This document shows positions 24,445 to 24,952 of a DNA stretch of 24,952 nucleotides, piece by piece. The position numbers and the translations under genes were made by a program. The stretch is from the IMG/VR virus record IMGVR_UViG_3300024042_000004, positions 1 to 24,952 of that record. One strand, given 5' to 3'. The notes under the pieces were generated by a model, which saw only the letters and a program-made list of their open reading frames with translations, searched no databases and had not been told where the DNA came from. Origin of the DNA: a virus. Lineage: Duplodnaviria; Caudoviricetes. The first letter of the stretch is position 1, and each line of letters starts with the position of its first letter.

Positions 24445-24952
24445 ACGTTAGTTTTACGGTAACCTATAAATTGAGCGCATATTCTTGCAGCCGACGTGGC
24501 AGCAGAAACTCTTAACAGTAATTCATCCCCTAAAGCAAAATCATTATTACTGCTTACAGATACTGAGAACGGCTGAGGAGTTACGCCTGCTGTAATAGTA
24601 ATTGGGGCTGAAGTAGCCATAGCTAACTCACTTCCAGCACCTCCAACCTTCTTAAATGGCGCAATTGTGCAGCTACCCGCTCCAAGCGTTACGGTAATTT
24701 GTGTAACTGTAAAGTTATTTTCTAGGCTTGGTACAACATCGTAAGGGACATTGACAGTAGGGCTTTCTATGTCTTTTCTTCTTGATATAGCCTCTAATTT
24801 AGTACCGCCAGCAATTGACCACTGAGTTGAGCTATTTTTATAAATAATCCCTTTAGCCCCTGGCGCAGCAAGTGTATTACCGAGGAGTGTATTTGTGCCT
24901 TCTTTAACAAAAGTTTCATCCACACTACCAATATTTTCAAAAAAGCAGAAAA
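24438..24952 (-). CDS. C-terminal part of a beta-rich fibre/virion-like protein, truncated by window edge
   Basis: Frame stays open from 24923 to the window end (FCFFENIGSVDETF...). Thr/Ser/Ala/Val-rich with FALGDELLLRV. Confidence 0.6.
   Translation of the reverse strand, partial: FCFFENIGSVDETFVKEGTNTLLGNTLAAPGAKGIIYKNSSTQWSIAGGTKLEAISRRKDIESPTVNVPYDVVPSLENNFTVTQITVTLGAGSCTIAPFKKVGGAGSELAMATSAPITITAGVTPQPFSVSVSSNNDFALGDELLLRVSAATSAARICAQFIGYRKTNVW

Noticed and set aside
1-24952. Diversity-generating retroelement, invertible fibre cassette, stop-codon recoding, introns/inteins, tRNAs
   Set aside because: No reverse transcriptase, invertase or template repeat was seen. Core genes are uninterrupted and of normal size in the standard code, and no cloverleaf was recognised by eye.

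Overview
The window is the late (virion morphogenesis and lysis) region of a tailed phage or prophage with a contractile tail, encoded almost entirely on the minus strand. Right to left: a truncated fibre/lectin-like cluster, terS, terL, portal, scaffold, major capsid, neck proteins, sheath, tube, tail assembly chaperone (with a -1 frameshift signal), tape measure, baseplate genes, a fibre with a C1q-like tip, and an endolysin/holin cassette. Accessory DNA is interleaved: a + strand hicAB toxin-antitoxin pair, a membrane-anchored moron, and several short hydrophobic ORFs missing from the ORF track. The most notable signal is three diverged copies (about 7069-7176, 12244-12335, 13096-13179) of a structured + strand antisense RNA. 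Each has its own extended -10 promoter, two covarying hairpins and a terminator-like hairpin, and lies over the ribosome-binding site of a small membrane-peptide gene. A second tandem structured motif precedes the capsid gene. All protein calls rest on motif recognition and gene order, not database searches. Host and integration state cannot be determined.
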